Assembly (NCBI GenBank): GCA_030141605.1
Contig: JAQGDQ010000062.1
Location: 434,001-498,000 of the forward strand
Source of the DNA: Tubiluchus corallicola
Lineage: Eukaryota; Animalia; Priapulida
Reading direction: 5' to 3'
Length of the DNA: 64,000 nucleotides
Positions 26,201 through 40,292 of the stretch are shown one piece after another (positions within the stretch are counted from its first letter, which is position 1; each line of letters opens with the position of its first letter). Position numbers and translations under genes: made by a program. The notes under the pieces were generated by a model. The model did no database searches, had not been told where the DNA came from, and was given only the letters and a program-made list of their open reading frames with translations.

Positions 26201-29200
26201 TAATTAATTTTTAAAAAGTTAGAGTTGCAAAGTTTGTTAAAAATAGAATCTTCAGTATGCACAAATTTTGCATAGTTTGATTAGAAAATCAATTCCCATC
26301 ATTGTAAGTGTAAGTTCAGTGTAAGTCTGATTAGTAAGCTGAATCACAATAAACTTACTTGTTTTCCATCACTTTGAGCACATTAAATGTTACAGTTCAC
26401 CCCAATCCCCAGACTTTTTGGGTTGTTTGCTTGTGATGTAATCTAATAAGTAAGCTGCCCAATGTTTCATTTTCCAGACTAGTTTACATGGCTTACTGTA
26501 ATTTGCAAAACAAACTGAATACTGCAAAATGAAACAAACGAACTAAAAAATGTGAAATGTAGAGACAGGATAGAGGCAGGAAGAGAGAAAGAGAGGGAGC
26601 AATGGAGAGAAAGAGTGTATATGTGCATTTGTGTGAGAGAGAGAGAGAGAGAAGAAGTGAAAAAGTGAGGAAGATCTAGGGAGTATGAGAGAGAGAGAGA
26701 TTGTAAGCTTTGATTAGCTGAACAGCTCTCTCTCTCACACACACGCACACACACACGGCGAGGAAGATCTAGGGAGTATGAGAGAGAGATTGTAAAAGCT
26801 TTGATTAGCTGAACAGCTCTCTCACACACACACGCACACACACACAGCGAGGAAGATCTAGGGAGCATGAGAGAGAGATTGTAAAAGCTTTGATTAGCTG
26901 AACAGCTATCGCTCTCTCTCTCTCACACGCACACACATACACATTCTTTCTCTCCATCTCTCCCTCTCTTTCCCTCTTCCTGCCTCTATCCTGTCTCTAC
27001 ATTACACAGTTTCCTGTTTGCAGTTTATAGAAAGTGTTAGACTATTTTACTGGATTTGCCTTACAGTGATTATACTTGTCAAATAAATTTAATTACATGT
27101 GTAAGTACATGACATTGTCAGTATTGATTACTTTTACAATCCCTCTCACTCTCTTGCATTGAGTCAGTCGCTTCCTCACTCTCTGTCTCTCCCTCCCTGC
27201 TCCCTCTCATCCTCTCCGTCGCTCCTTCACTCTCTCCGTGTTTACTCTTTTTCTCTCGCTCCCCCTCTCTCTCTTGCCTCTGTCTTGTCCTCTTTCTCTC
27301 TCTTTCTCTCTCTCTCTCCCTCCCTCCTCCCTCTCTCTGTCTCTCTCCCTCCCTCTTTCTCTCCCCTCTCTCTTGCTCGCTTGCGCCTTTGCTTTTAATT
27401 AGGCACAGCTTACAATGTCTTTCTCCCCTTCCCACTCTCTCACTTTCCTCTGCTCCCTCTGACTTTTTTGCCTCTATCCTGTCTCTCTTTGTACATTTTG
27501 CAAATTCCTGTTCATTGCATTCGATTTCGTTTCGCAGTTTTCAGTTTATTTCATTTTGCAATTGCCTTTTCGTTTCACATATTACATTAAGATTTAAAGT
27601 TTGTTTAGTTTTGTTTTGCAATTTCCAGTTTGTTTCGTTTCGTTTCGTTTTGCAGTTTGCATTTCATTTCGCAAAGTACAGTAAGCCATTTATACAACCT
27701 CACAAAATGAATATTATAGCCAATTTAAGTTTTCAATTACAAGTAAACTTTGGTTGCAAATAAATTGTTTTGTCTTTTAACAAATCAGTACTGTTTGTGA
27801 GTACAAACAGCAAAACAAAATTAAATTGAATATAGTTATTTTGATGCTGACTTTTAAAATTAATGTGGAGGTTTTATGACCAATACATATATTTCATTAT
27901 TGCTGTCTCCTAAGTTCTTTGTCCCATGCTGTTTCATCTAGTGACAAAACATTCAACTACTACTTATTCGCATTTTGACCAAGTTTTGCATTTTAGTTGA
28001 CTAATTGGGTTTCCTTTAATTACCATATTACAGGTAATCCAGTTATAAAATCTGATTGTTAAGGTGTGAAAGTTTCTTCGTTAATATGGAGCTTTTTAGG
28101 AAATTTTTGTATCTGTTTTAGTCATCTGTGTACTTACTTTTCTGAAATAGCTTGTAACCAGCAATTTTCAGGAAAAACGTACATAGGAAAAAACATGCAG
28201 TTTACCACGTTATGACTTAGCACCATGTTGGGAAATTTTCCGCGTTCATAAAATATGTGGAGACTATTCTCCCTGTTCATTATAGGGAAACTGTTTTAGT
28301 GTTGATTCGTATTTTGCTTTGTTTTTTTTATGTAGAAAGAACTGCAGAAAAGAAAACAGAAGCAAAAACAGTTCATGATGAGCCATTGGTAGAGAATGTG
28401 AATCGATTAGTAATAGAAGGCGAGGAAGCCAGGACAGTAGAAGAGGCTCTTTCTGTCTTATCGTAAGCTTTTAAGCTTTTGTAGATGTCTAAATATGATT
28501 TATTTATTACTGCTTGTAAACTTAGTGTCTCCTGGCTGCTAATATTTATTTTCTTATGCTTGTTTGTACAGATCAAAAGAGCCTGAATTGGACAGACATC
28601 CTGAAAGAAGAATGAAAAGTGCTTACCTAGCATATGAAGAAGCCAATATGCCAAGGTCTGTTGTATGTTTAACAAAATACGTTGTGTATGTATGTGTGAG
28701 TGAGTGCATGTGTCTGAGAAAACACCAGGGAATGTGGAATGTTTTCCTAAGGAATTTGTTGAGCTAATTAAGTCTTAGGTGTGCCTACTTGTTATGGCAT
28801 GTTCTTTAAATACGTTAAGTGCATTAATGGTCCCGAATCAAAGCTGACCATACTTAACATAGTCAGCTGGCTTTCTTAGTAGCATCAGCTGTATTTCACC
28901 AATTAGCTTCTTAGTTTGTGCATTCACAATAACGAAATAACATCTGTCCACACAACTATTAAGCTAGTTTTTTCATCAAATTACAATCAAATCTCCTTAT
29001 ACCACCTATTTTGGGAGAGCAAAAAAAGTTAGCATTAAGCGAGTTTGGCATTATAATGAGATGCATTAATACATGTGTTTATGCAAACATAGATATTTTG
29101 TTTTCAAACTTTTGGTGTTAAGTGATGCAGGCATTTAAGATGGAGGCCGTATAATGAGGTTCGACTGTAGTTGACGTAAATTACGTATATAATTTGTACA

Positions 29201-29385
29201 TTGCGTAATTAGTATGTAAAATTGCTTTTAATCCTATTTCGTTAATGTTTTTAATTTTTAGGTTAAAAGCAGAAAATCCTGGTATGAGATTGTCTCAGTT
29301 ACGTAACATGTTAAAGAAAGATTGGCAGAAATCACCTGATAATCCTCTTAATCAGCAACATCGGACATACAATGCTAAATCCTAG
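23216..29385 (+). CDS. CCDC124: Coiled-coil domain-containing protein 124 (Lso2/Oxs1 family ribosome-binding factor), 220 aa, 5 exons
   Basis: Exons 23216-23374, 25939-26107, 28336-28462, 28572-28655 and 29262-29385 are in phase. Signatures MPKKFQGENTK..ARARKA...EDAYWADDDK, ENVNR..EARTVEEAL.VLS and DRHPERRMKSAY..YEE..MPRLKAENPGMRLSQL...LKKDWQKSPDNPLNQ. Confidence 0.97.
23826..24865. repeat. 55-bp minisatellite, about 19 copies, in CCDC124 intron 1
   Basis: Unit ACAATATCCATACATAAACCACTGCATGTATAAATGTGCCTAAACCACTCCGTCC, with two internal TAAACCACT sub-repeats. Confidence 0.97.
26490..27687. mobile_element. ISL2EU/PHIS-like non-autonomous DNA transposon with an internal foldback and microsatellites
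   Basis: TIR GGCTTACTGTA(A/C)TTTGC...GCAAAGTACAGTAAGCC flanked by AT on both sides. GAAAC/GTTTC subterminal repeats. Inner inverted arms at about 26551-26625 and 26934-27008. Confidence 0.7.
28984..29167. mobile_element. Tigger/pogo-like MITE
   Basis: TA|CAATCAAATCTC...GAGGTTCGACTG|TA. A related inverted copy lies at 56736-56917. Confidence 0.6.
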
Positions 29386-32300
29386 CTGAGCTACTATGTT
29401 TGACTATTTATTGTTTGTAGAAAAATTACATTATGCAAATGGCAGTGTTTTTTATTTTCTTTTTTTTTTGCTTCACACATCCTACTTTCCGCAGACATTT
29501 GAATTTGGCAGAAATTTATAACTTTGGTTCCTGCATCAATATATTTTTAAATTTTTTTGTTTTATAATAAATTTTCTGTTTGAAGCAGTTTGTGTAACAT
29601 ATTGTCATCAGATCTTACACATAACAGCTTATTAGCATTGTGTGCCAAGGAAATAACTCTTATAGATAATCCATTAATTTCCTTTTCTGAAACTGATGTC
29701 GCAATAGCAGTTACTAAAATGCTTTTTTGGATTCCGGTTTTGTGATTTAATCAGATGTAAAGTTTAACTGATGCTACCATAGCACAATATGTAAGTGTAC
29801 AAAATTAAGTCAAATGATGTAAAATTGTAACCACTATAATTAATTGCGACATTTTATTTGTCGTTATTCCTGTTGCTCTGTATTTCTTGTGATCCTGTTT
29901 GAGGATCAATATGATACCAGTACAAAATTATACAGTGATATAAAGTACTGGCAATACTAATCAGTTTTGATTTTAAACGGTTACTGATATTACAACTATC
30001 ACATATATTGTTTTAGTGTGTGGCACTTATCGTTCACAACTAAAACTTGTGAAGTCCAAAAGTTTCTTAAAACATTTATTTTGCTTTTACACTAGGTGCT
30101 GTAAAGGTGCATGTATAATATGACACAAAATTACAATGTAAAGCGGTTATTCTTACTACAATGACAAGCCGCATCCTACGCAAAAACCTAGGCCTATAAC
30201 ATACAATGCAAATGTTAAATACTGTACTATATGTTGAAAACTAAACAGTGTAAAAAGATAAAAAAACATTATAAATAATTACAATAAAAGCTAGAAACTG
30301 CTAATATAATTAACACACTGGTTCATCACAGTAAAATTACTTGGTATATCTTATTCAACCATTAATATGCTACCAAAAATGACAAATAATAAACGCACTT
30401 GTGCACATGATTGTAGTTTAAAAATCGGTGCTGAATTTAGACATAAATAAGTTAAAGTTTATGGCCTCACAGTCCGAAGGCTCCATACAATTTCAGACTT
30501 TACACGTATTTGTATATGGAAGATTTCTCTGGGACTAAGAACTTTGTGAATAACATCCAAATTTGCTGCATGTATAAAGCAAAGTCAAGTTTTCTGTGGG
30601 ACTACTGCTGAATAATAAAGACAGAGGACACTGTTCAAATATGTAATTAAAGCATAAGTTACAGGTGTTCCCTTTTACAGATTCCCTCTGGTAGAAAAAT
30701 TTACGTGGATTGTGGGAGGGTTACTTATCCTTGTGGTGTCTAAATCCAGCACTGGAACAAAACTGATCACGGCCTTGTTAAACATGATTGCAAAAAAAAT
30801 ACAATTTACTTTCGTGCTGTGAAATTTACGTGGTAAACTGATCTATCAGTAATCTAATCTGCTACCAATAATTTTATTTGTCAGAGTGCAACAGTATAAA
30901 GTTTATCTAGCAAAGAAAATATTTTACAGATTACAACGCAGATTATGATTACAATACAGATTTCATTGCAGTGAAAATTCTTCCTATACAAGTCGTCGGG
31001 ACTATTTAGCACATTAGATGCAGACATAAAAGTGAAGACAGCTGTTGATGTGTAAATTTTTAGTGTAACTTAAATGATATTGTGCCCAAACTTTATTGCA
31101 TATGTAGCAAATATAAATAATTATTCAAATACCGTAATTATGTTAACATAATTATATATGTTATATATAAATCACGTAATTCTCATGAAACTAAACAAAA
31201 GATATCTACTTACACGCAAGGACTAGACAAACAGAACGGGCTAGAGGTAGTATTCTTAGTGTTGTATTCTTACTGGTGTAACAAACAGGAGTGCAACAGA
31301 ATGAGCACTTTTGCAAGGCAAAACCCAGTCACCTAGCTAATTATCAAGTATAATGTACGGCACTCTAACATGACATACTAGGTCAATGTTGTCCAGTGTT
31401 GCAAAGCACTCAACTTCACTAATCAGCAGTTCCTCTCATCGCTTGTTGCACATCGTTTGTCGTAGCGGCAAGAAAAAAGTGTATAATACACACTTTTGTC
31501 AGAAATGGTTTAAAATTTTACATAATGCCACATTACGAAGGGAAGAATTCGATTTTAAGTGAAATTGCATTCTGATTATTTTCCAGCCCAAGAACTTCAA
31601 TAAATAACTAAAATATTTATCTACAATCAATTTGTAGGCCACAGAAATAATAAAGTGATCACAGTCATGAGACATTCAACTTGCATGGGATGTATTAAAC
31701 AGAAACAAGGATGCCAATATACATGACTCTCTACAAGGTCTGCAAATGCATAAAAGATGGCAGATAAAGATGCAGATGTAATATGTCTACATACGAGATA
31801 TTACATCTTAATATGATAATCAGTAAGCACTTTGATTAAATGCAATCTCAATATTGCAGAGACAAACTCAGCTATACCATAATTAAACAGATGGCGTGGT
31901 ATTCCACACATCGGCAATATACCTCACACAAACTTCTTCCTCATCTAGTATCACCTCAAAATTAATTAGCAACAACCTTTGGATCAGTTCTCTTTATCTT
32001 ACTAACAAAGCTGCAAAATACATGTATTTCATTTAAAATACTTGTTTGATATCGAGAAATTTAGATGGTATGCTAATATGAGTCAAGTCACAATGCATTT
32101 GCTACAACACTACAGTAAATAGCCTAGAGCTTCAATAAGCAAAAAATCCTCTATCAATGTTGCTTCTATTGACACTAAGCCGACATGTACAAGTAGATAC
32201 AACATTAAGCAACTACAGTTTTCACTTATGCCCAAGAATGCTTCCAGTAAGTTGACTTCTTGCAAAATCTACACTCTTAATGCCTAAAAATACCTACATG

Positions 32301-32602
32301 ACCACCCAATGTGTATTTTCCAAATCAATAATTTGTGTTGAATAATCTTCATGTCTGGATACTAATCTCTCGTCTCTTGGTCAAATACGGAAATGGACCC
32401 TGAAGATGCGCAGACACGCAAATCAACTTTCAAGTCTGTTGCTTATCTCAAGAACTTGCAAACTTGAGCAACCAGAATATTTTGCATTGCACTTTCAGGA
32501 TTGCAGTAACAAACAAGCGTTATCTATTCCTTATGAAGCAACTATTCAGACTACCGTAATCGTCTCAACAGGAATAGTATTACAGTATATTTAATTTGTA
32601 AT

Positions 32603-35600
32603 TTAAAACTCTAAGCGGAAAGCTGAACAAGCAGTCTCGTGATCTTGAAGATTAACTGTACACCTAGCAGCTGCAGGTGCAAAGTCAACATGCAATTGAG
32701 ATAGTAGCTCTTTATTTAGACCTAACCAATACCCCAGAGAATCCAGATCATCATAGGTAGGAATGATAGTAGCTGGTAAGCTATTGTCCTCCCATGTTGC
32801 CTTACCCTCCAAAAGAGTACTAAGAATCTGTAATGAAGGATTTAGTGCGCTTAAAACATAATAGCGGGGGCGCACACGACAGAAAAAATCTAGTCCAACA
32901 TGCGACAACTTTCCATGAGCTGGAATGTAGACTAAATCAACATACACTGGTGTGACAGGTTTTGAGCTAGCTTTGCCGCGAGGTACGGGTGATGCTGATT
33001 TAGTCAGTGACGTGGGTCGCTTTGCAGGCATGCTCGCTTTTGGTTGGGGTTGCTTTCTTAATGCCTTAGTATCAGGAGAACCAGCAGTTTTGCTAGACCT
33101 ACTTTTAGGGGGACTGTTAGGCCGATTTGCAGATGAGCGTGGAGTAGAAGACCTTGATTTAGCTTTTTCAGGGCTAGAGGGTCGGTTGGAACCCAGTCTT
33201 TTAGTAGGAGATTTTGTTTCACTAGTTTTGTCCGAGGATGAAAAACCATCGGATGCCAGTGTTTGCTCTGACGTGTCATTTGCTTTGCACTGTTGATCAC
33301 CTGCAGCATTTATCTGACTTGACGCGTCTGAATGTACCCCTGAAGTTTGATCATCGGCTGTCTTTGAAGGACTTTCTGTGGAAGGCATTTCGTTCCGTGC
33401 ATCCTTCAGGGGGGACTCTTTTTTTGGAGATGTTGGAGAAGATTTTTTAGAAGGAGATGATGGTGATGCTCTAGATGATGGCGAAGCTCTAGATGATTGT
33501 GAAGTCCGAGACAAAGGGCGATCTTTGCCTGCAGCTGGAGACTTCTTTACAGAAGCATCCTTTGAAGGAGCTTTTTTTCTGCCGGAAGCCATACTAGCTC
33601 CTCTTTTACTAAGTTTCATGGAAACCTCGGTACACTCCGGATACTGCAAAAATTCTAAATTTTTTAATCTGTCAAGTCCTTCTACTAGCTTTTCTTGAGG
33701 ACAGTTTCCGGGATACAAGATCCTGGTAATAAAATCCTGAGGATCTGTAGGCAGCCATACAATCAAGACTGCAGTAGACACCATATCTGGAAGAGGAACA
33801 CCACCACTACCCTTAAATTGTCTGACATTCTTATCCCATTGCTGAAAAAAATCTTTCATTTCTCGACTATCCTTGACAGGATTTAATACGTACATCTGCA
33901 ATGTGCCGTGTCCAACCTTATGATATAATCGAATTGGTTCGACAGCTTGACTACGCACACAAGCATACGGATTTGGTAGATTCAACATTCTGCAGGATTC
34001 AAATAATTTGTTGCCTTCAGAAATTGCATTTACAAGCAAGCTGGCTTCACCAGTATGCTGGGGTGGCTTCTTCTCAGAATTGTTGGCGAAAATGCAGCCT
34101 ATTTGCGGATAGCCATCTGTCTGCAATCGCTGAATCAGCAAAGAACTTAAACCAAACAAGGTGTCCGAACCACAGTGAGACAAAAGAATGGCATCAATCC
34201 TATCTAAATGCTTAACAAACTGCCAGAAACAAGACTTTCTACTAAAACCGCCATTGATTAACATTGTAAACCCAGAGATGCCAAACAGTGCACAATCGCC
34301 TTCACCGGATGGAAAAACATACATGCTAGGTCTGCTAAATCGAATATTTCCTACTACATCAGACGCAGGAAGCAATTTTTCCAATGGTTCTAACTGCACA
34401 CAATTAGAAACATATGAAGCAAAATCAGCATAATCAGCAGCAGGTGCATGACTAGTAGTGTTTACTAACAAATTAAGCTTTTTGGTAAGGCCTGCTTTGA
34501 CAGCATATGTGTTTGTCCATTCACCCTCAGCAATACTGTTGATGCTAACCAAGATATTGCGATTCAGATCAAGCGCACGTCCAACTTCGCTATCTTGCAA
34601 AACAATAGAAAAATCTTCGATGGTGAAAGTGCCATCAGTGAGAATCCACGCTCCGTTCCCTTGAAATATGCAGCCAGAATAAACAATGTATTTGTATGTG
34701 GTGTCTGCCAAAAGAATGTCTTTTATTGCAAGGCTCACTGATCTACAATTAGTTGACAGGATCACATCTACCTGGAAGTTACCACTTGAATGACAAAGGT
34801 GAAGTCCTAAAATATAAGAAAACAATGGCTTAAAAAAAGTAATAAAGTGCTGAAAAAATATACACATGAATGTTTAATAAGCAACACAGATTTTATTCCA
34901 TTAAGGCAATGGGTATTTAATAGGAAACGTTAAAGTGCATGGTTCGCTGAACAACTATAAAAAACCAGATATAGCAGATTTTACATATATGTTTTCTGTT
35001 TTCTGATATTACCTAAGTGTATATATCTCTTAAAGCAGTGCTGAAGATGAACGACAGGTAAATGTCAAATAAAACTGCACAACTAATAAAATTGACTTGG
35101 GTAACCATTCTACAATTTGAAATCATAAAAACTTTCTACCAAAGGAATTAGAAGTTGAACAATTGAAATTCAGCAACATGCATATATTTCAACCTCAGCT
35201 TGCAACCTACCTATTGACAGGACAGTAAAAACCTGCATGAGTTTATTATAACATTTAGCTCAATGGATATGTTAATCCATCACGATATAACAAATGAGAA
35301 AGCTAAGTCAGCTAATGGTTAATTACATATCTAATATTCACTTTTTTTGACAGCAAAAATCTCTAATAGTCAAATGATATTATGACAAATGTTATCACAT
35401 TTATTGAGAAAGGTCTGAGGTAATGGGTAACAGATATATAGGCAGATGTTAAGCTGATCTGATCATGAAAAATATACAGTGACTATCAGTCTACAAGTTG
35501 TATGCTGCCTCAAAATGAATGTCGTGATAAATGACTGATAATATATAATATATATTATATATGTATATATTAACATTTGTTTGCTGAATAATCAGCAAAT

Positions 35601-36918
35601 AATTACAAGTACCATATAAACCTGACAAGCCCAAAAAGACTTTTTACTAAGAAAAGTTTAGCTCAACTTGCTATTGTTCATCTAAGCATCTACGTTGAAA
35701 GACTAATGAAATCAGACTTCTCAGATAGTAACGTGTACAAGTTATTAAAAAAAAACAACATTTACACTTACGATATTTTAACATATAAATCATTTTGAAA
35801 TAAATATTAAAACTAGATATTATTTTCTTTCTGGAACATTAGCAGCACTTACTCAGAATTTAAGTCATGAAAGGCTACTACTTACCCTGTTCTTTGTCAT
35901 TAGTCTGTGTGGATTGACTAGAAAAATCATTTAGTTCTTTAATAAGATCAACTCCAGCAGCATCTGCATTCCATCCAGCTAAACCTATAAATCAAATTAA
36001 AACTAGTCAGTAAGCTACTTAGAGGGTAAGCAACAGAAACCTACTATTGCATTTTTGGCAGCAATTTATCGCTAAAATAATTTTGGGGCTGAATACTCAG
36101 TATGGCATTACTAATAACACACAACTCACAACATCTAACACCCTACAAACTCTCATCTGTTGCAAGTCCTTTTTCCAACTAAGTGGTTGATAATAGTCAC
36201 CAATTAATAAATTCTTAATAGCATTACTTAATACACTGGCTTATTTTTCTCACTACTCTGCTAATTCAGCTTCTTTAAAAAGGGGAAAAGTAATGTAGTG
36301 TAGGCTATTGTTTGCATCCAAAGCCATAAGAAAAGTAAAACATATGAATACTTCAGGTTTAAAAGTTGCTTATGCATTTTTTGGTTCACTTTTAATTGCA
36401 AACAATGTAAGAAGCCCACTACATATTAAACACCTTGCATTTTTCAACCACTTTGGCTGCTAGCAGTGCCTGTGTCTAGTCAACTCCTGTCCACTACAAT
36501 AATTGCAAGGTATCTAAAGTACTCTCCACAGCTGCACCTTTAAACACTTCAAATTGTTTTTATCAGGATAAGAACAAACGTGTCCTAATTTGATAAATAT
36601 CATTGACTTAGATTATCACGATACGGGTGCACTTTGGTGATACGCAGATCGTAATGAAAAATATCACGATGCATCAATACAGCAATGTATAATTACAGTC
36701 CTAATTACTATCATAGAACAACATTAGTAAATAACTGAACCCTGAAGTAACATCTGCATTGATAAGTTTAAGTGCCAACAATAACAGCTCATTCCTTTCG
36801 AAATTCAAAAGTTGTTTCTAAAAGCCTGTTCATGCTTACCTTTTTCGATCTGTTCTATAATAAGATGTCTATTATCTTCATAGAAAAGTTCACCAATGAT
36901 AACTAGTAATGATGCCAT
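32603..36918 (-). CDS. Microtubule-associated protein 1 family member (MAP1A/B/S, futsch-like), compact, 793 aa, 3 coding exons
   Basis: Exons 36918-36840, 35984-35886 and 34806-32603 joined by phase-1 introns. MAP1 N-terminal motifs VVGNIRFSRPSMYVFPSGEGDCALFGISGFTMLINGG..RKSCFW..VKHLDRID and LYHKVGHGTLQMYVLNP. Light-chain C-terminus PVYVDLVYIPAHG...FF.RVRPRYYVLS...C.VNLQDHETACSAFRLEF*. Confidence 0.95.
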
Positions 36919-38359
36919 CTTCACAAAATTTGCAGATCAGAGTCAGAAAGTAATCTCAGACATAGAGATACAGGATAATCACACTAAATGGATGTTAGCT
37001 TGCTCTATTGTAGACTACTGTATATCAAAGCACCTGCAACTATTTTCATCAGAATTGTTCTGAAAAAATAAACAGAAAAAAGTCAGTTTAAAATGAGCTT
37101 TATGATATATTATCAGTTATTATCAAGTTTATCATGTAGAACGGCTGACTGGTATGCTGCCTCTACTGCTCTGCATATCCATGTAGCTTATTAATTTAAA
37201 CACGTATGTACTGCTCTGCACTTTGAAATGGATTTTGACTAATGTATTTATAAAGGTCCATGAAAACGAATGGAAGGAAAGGAAAACGAGAAAAAATGCT
37301 TTAACTAAACTAAGATTTGTGAAACAGTGACCTTGAAAAAGCAAAGCTAAATTTAATAATGGGTAGTTGCATAGCGTGTTAAAATTATTTATGTGCAGCA
37401 AGGACTACTAAGTACCCATTCAGGGTCATGAATCTTGGCAAGATGCGTAAAAAAGAACATTTCGCGTGTCATATAATACACTGACAATTACAGGTTAATA
37501 ACATATTAATAGCAACATTATGTTACTATTAATTATGTAATTGTTAGTGTGGGCAGAGCTACAAAGCACAGCTTTACACAAAAAGTGACATTGATGGTAG
37601 GAAGGCAAAACAGGCATGTCATTAATCTCAATGAAGTGGGCAACTACAGGCTTATGGTTCTGTCTGTCCACGCACTTTTTCTCGGCCCTGGAGTATTGGC
37701 CAGATGAAGTGGGCAATTATAGACTTGTCTGTTCCATCTCTGTCTGTCCACCTGTCACCACCTTTTCTCAGTCCTGGAGTAGTTGATACCTGGCAAAAAG
37801 GTAGGGTGTCATTCAGGTTTGCTTTTTTTAAGGTTTTAAACCCGCGCGCAATGTAACTCCAACACGTTCAAAATTTTTTCCATTAAAATGTAACCTTCTA
37901 GTTCTGTCTGTATTGAATTGCAACTTCGGCTAACTGGATGCTCTATATGACGGTAGCATTAAGTGTCGATGCAGAAAATACAACTGTGCGGTTTTCAACG
38001 CGATGAACTATGTTGATCTCGTTGTGTCACTTAAGACAACTATGTCCCATCTCCTGAGGGCTCTCTAATTTTTATTAGTGTGTGCCGTTTATATAGAACA
38101 TAATGGGACAAAATGTCTGTTAACATGCACAGAAGTGTGCACCTACTTTACATTAACTAGTTCCTCACAATTATTATACTTAATGCTACTGTAAAGTTTT
38201 GATACTTACATTGGGTTATAATATACAAATACATGGATACACGCCCAGTGATGAGCGGACCACGATCCTGCAGACCGTATCAGGCTAAGATCCACAAATT
38301 TTTTATGAATCGGATTTACTATTGAAGATAAGGAACTATGCGGACCAGATATGGATCTT

Positions 38360-38640
38360 TGAAGAGAAGCGATTTGATCCTGATGTTTCGTATCAAGAAC
38401 AATCTGACTAAACTACAGCCTGGTGGTTATTTTGCTAATAATCTACGAGGTACTGGATATAAAGTTATAAAGCCAGGTTGCAGAAACAGAAATAGGCTTA
38501 CATTCAGGACTGTCCTCAATGATTGGAATTCGTTAAATTCTAAGGTAAAGTGTAGCACTGATGCTTCACACTTTAAGTCACGACTGGATCAGTATTGGAA
38601 AAACCACCCTGAAACGTATCACGACCCATTTCAACCTGAA
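38360..38640 (+). mobile_element. CR1-like LINE 3' coding remnant
   Basis: RSDLILMFRI...LRG..YK...VLNDWNSL...FKSRLDQYW matches the CR1 ORF2 C-terminal pattern (DLI..YKI...RGH..K...VN.WNSLP....FK.RLD). Confidence 0.75.
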
Positions 38641-40139
38641 TGGACCCTATTGGCAGAGAATTAAAGACTTCCACCTGACTATGATATAGTATTAACTCTT
38701 ACAGTGCTAACCGGATCCACAATATTATTGGTACAATTAAGTATTGCAACCACGGGCAAACAGCTATTAGCTTTGCCCCGATCACCGAAGGTAATCAAAA
38801 AAAGTAGATTTTAATTTTCATTAATGTTAATCGGGATACATAACAATGTGCGTATTACGGGATGAAAATGACAGACTGACACTCAGCACAAGCTACTACT
38901 AAGTACTAGGTCAAATAACAATGAAATGAAAATAATAATTAGCTTGATTAATCATTAAACGAATGTACTACTGTACGAGTAATAGTAGCAGCAGCAGTAG
39001 CAATAAAAGTTTCTGCGTGTGTAGAAACATAATTTTATCGATACAATGTTGACAATAAAGAAATTTTAAACAACAGTTATTGTACTGAATTTCAATCACA
39101 CGAGTCACCTTAGGTTATCAAATAATTTTGTCTATTGTAATCAGCAACACAACATTTTCAATAACAGCTACCGCATGTACTGAATTTAAAGAATTTCCAT
39201 CACTTAGTCGAAAATCACTGACCCGTTAGAATAATTCTTTTTAGCAAACAAGTCAATGCTCGAACACACTGTTAGTATTACACGCCTGTTGTCCTGTACA
39301 TGGTGACGGAGCAAGGTTTCGTAGTTGACTGGTTGAATCATATAAACTTCGTCATCATTACTCACTTCTTCGAAAGAACACACATCCATGAGTATCTGTC
39401 TTTGGGGTTCGAATGTTCGAATTCGATTCTTACTTATTTACGATTTTACATTTACTTATGTTAGTATCGGGATCGTTGTTTACAACAATGCAAGAAACGC
39501 ACGCTGGCAACCACTTCTTCGATCATCAGGGAAGAAGAAAACAGTAGGCCTATTGCTACAGCAGAATTCTGTCCTTCAAAAATAAAGCGTTCATGATTAA
39601 ATTTTGCATTTGTGAGACAGTAGTGGAAAGTACAAATCGAAACGGCACCGATAATGTTAAGATAAAAATGACACAAATAGTTTGAAACTGGCCATATTCT
39701 AATTAGTGCAAAACTACCTTGGCGAAGCTTTAATAAATCTAGCAAGTTTGTTTAAAAGTTTGGAGTTTCTTCCTCGTGAATGGCTTAACATGGTCCCAAT
39801 GAAAAAAATCATTGAAACTGAGTACGATGTTGCCATGATTGATGCAATAGCCAAAATTTAAGAATGATTTTTGTCCATGAACTTCTTCCTTTCAATTATG
39901 TTGTGTGGAGTTGTTGCAATTATTGGGCATATAAGTATGATGTTTTTATACCTGCAAAAGCTGCAACCCCACATGTGAATCTTCTCTGTACAATGTCTTA
40001 ATCATATGATATAGTTCCAAACTAGACTTGCGTACTGAAATATAGGATTCTTACACATGAAAAACAGCCAAAGTCTGAGGTCTCCATCTTGACTACAACA
40101 TTGATTACTCTCAGTTAGTCAAACTTTCGCTTTCTTGGC

Positions 40140-40292
40140 AATACTATTACAATGAATCGCAAAGTTTAAATTTCCTGCTATGTAATCACTCCCAAATCAT
40201 GTTCACAGTCTAAGGAATTCAGCTGTACATAGTTAACATGGTAAGGACAAATACTATTACAATGAATCGTAAAGTTTAAATTTCATGCTATG
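40140..40292. repeat. Local direct duplication, period about 110 bp
   Basis: AATACTATTACAATGAATCG(C/T)AAAGTTTAAATTTC occurs at about 40140 and 40250. Confidence 0.8.

Noticed and set aside
32952-34664. Multiple plus-strand ORFs inside the MAP1 exon
   Set aside because: Antisense shadows of a long coding exon with no independent signal.
34807-34867. N-terminus of the 754-aa ORF (MCIFFQHF...)
   Set aside because: Intronic pyrimidine tract; the true N-terminus comes from exons 36918-36840 and 35984-35886.
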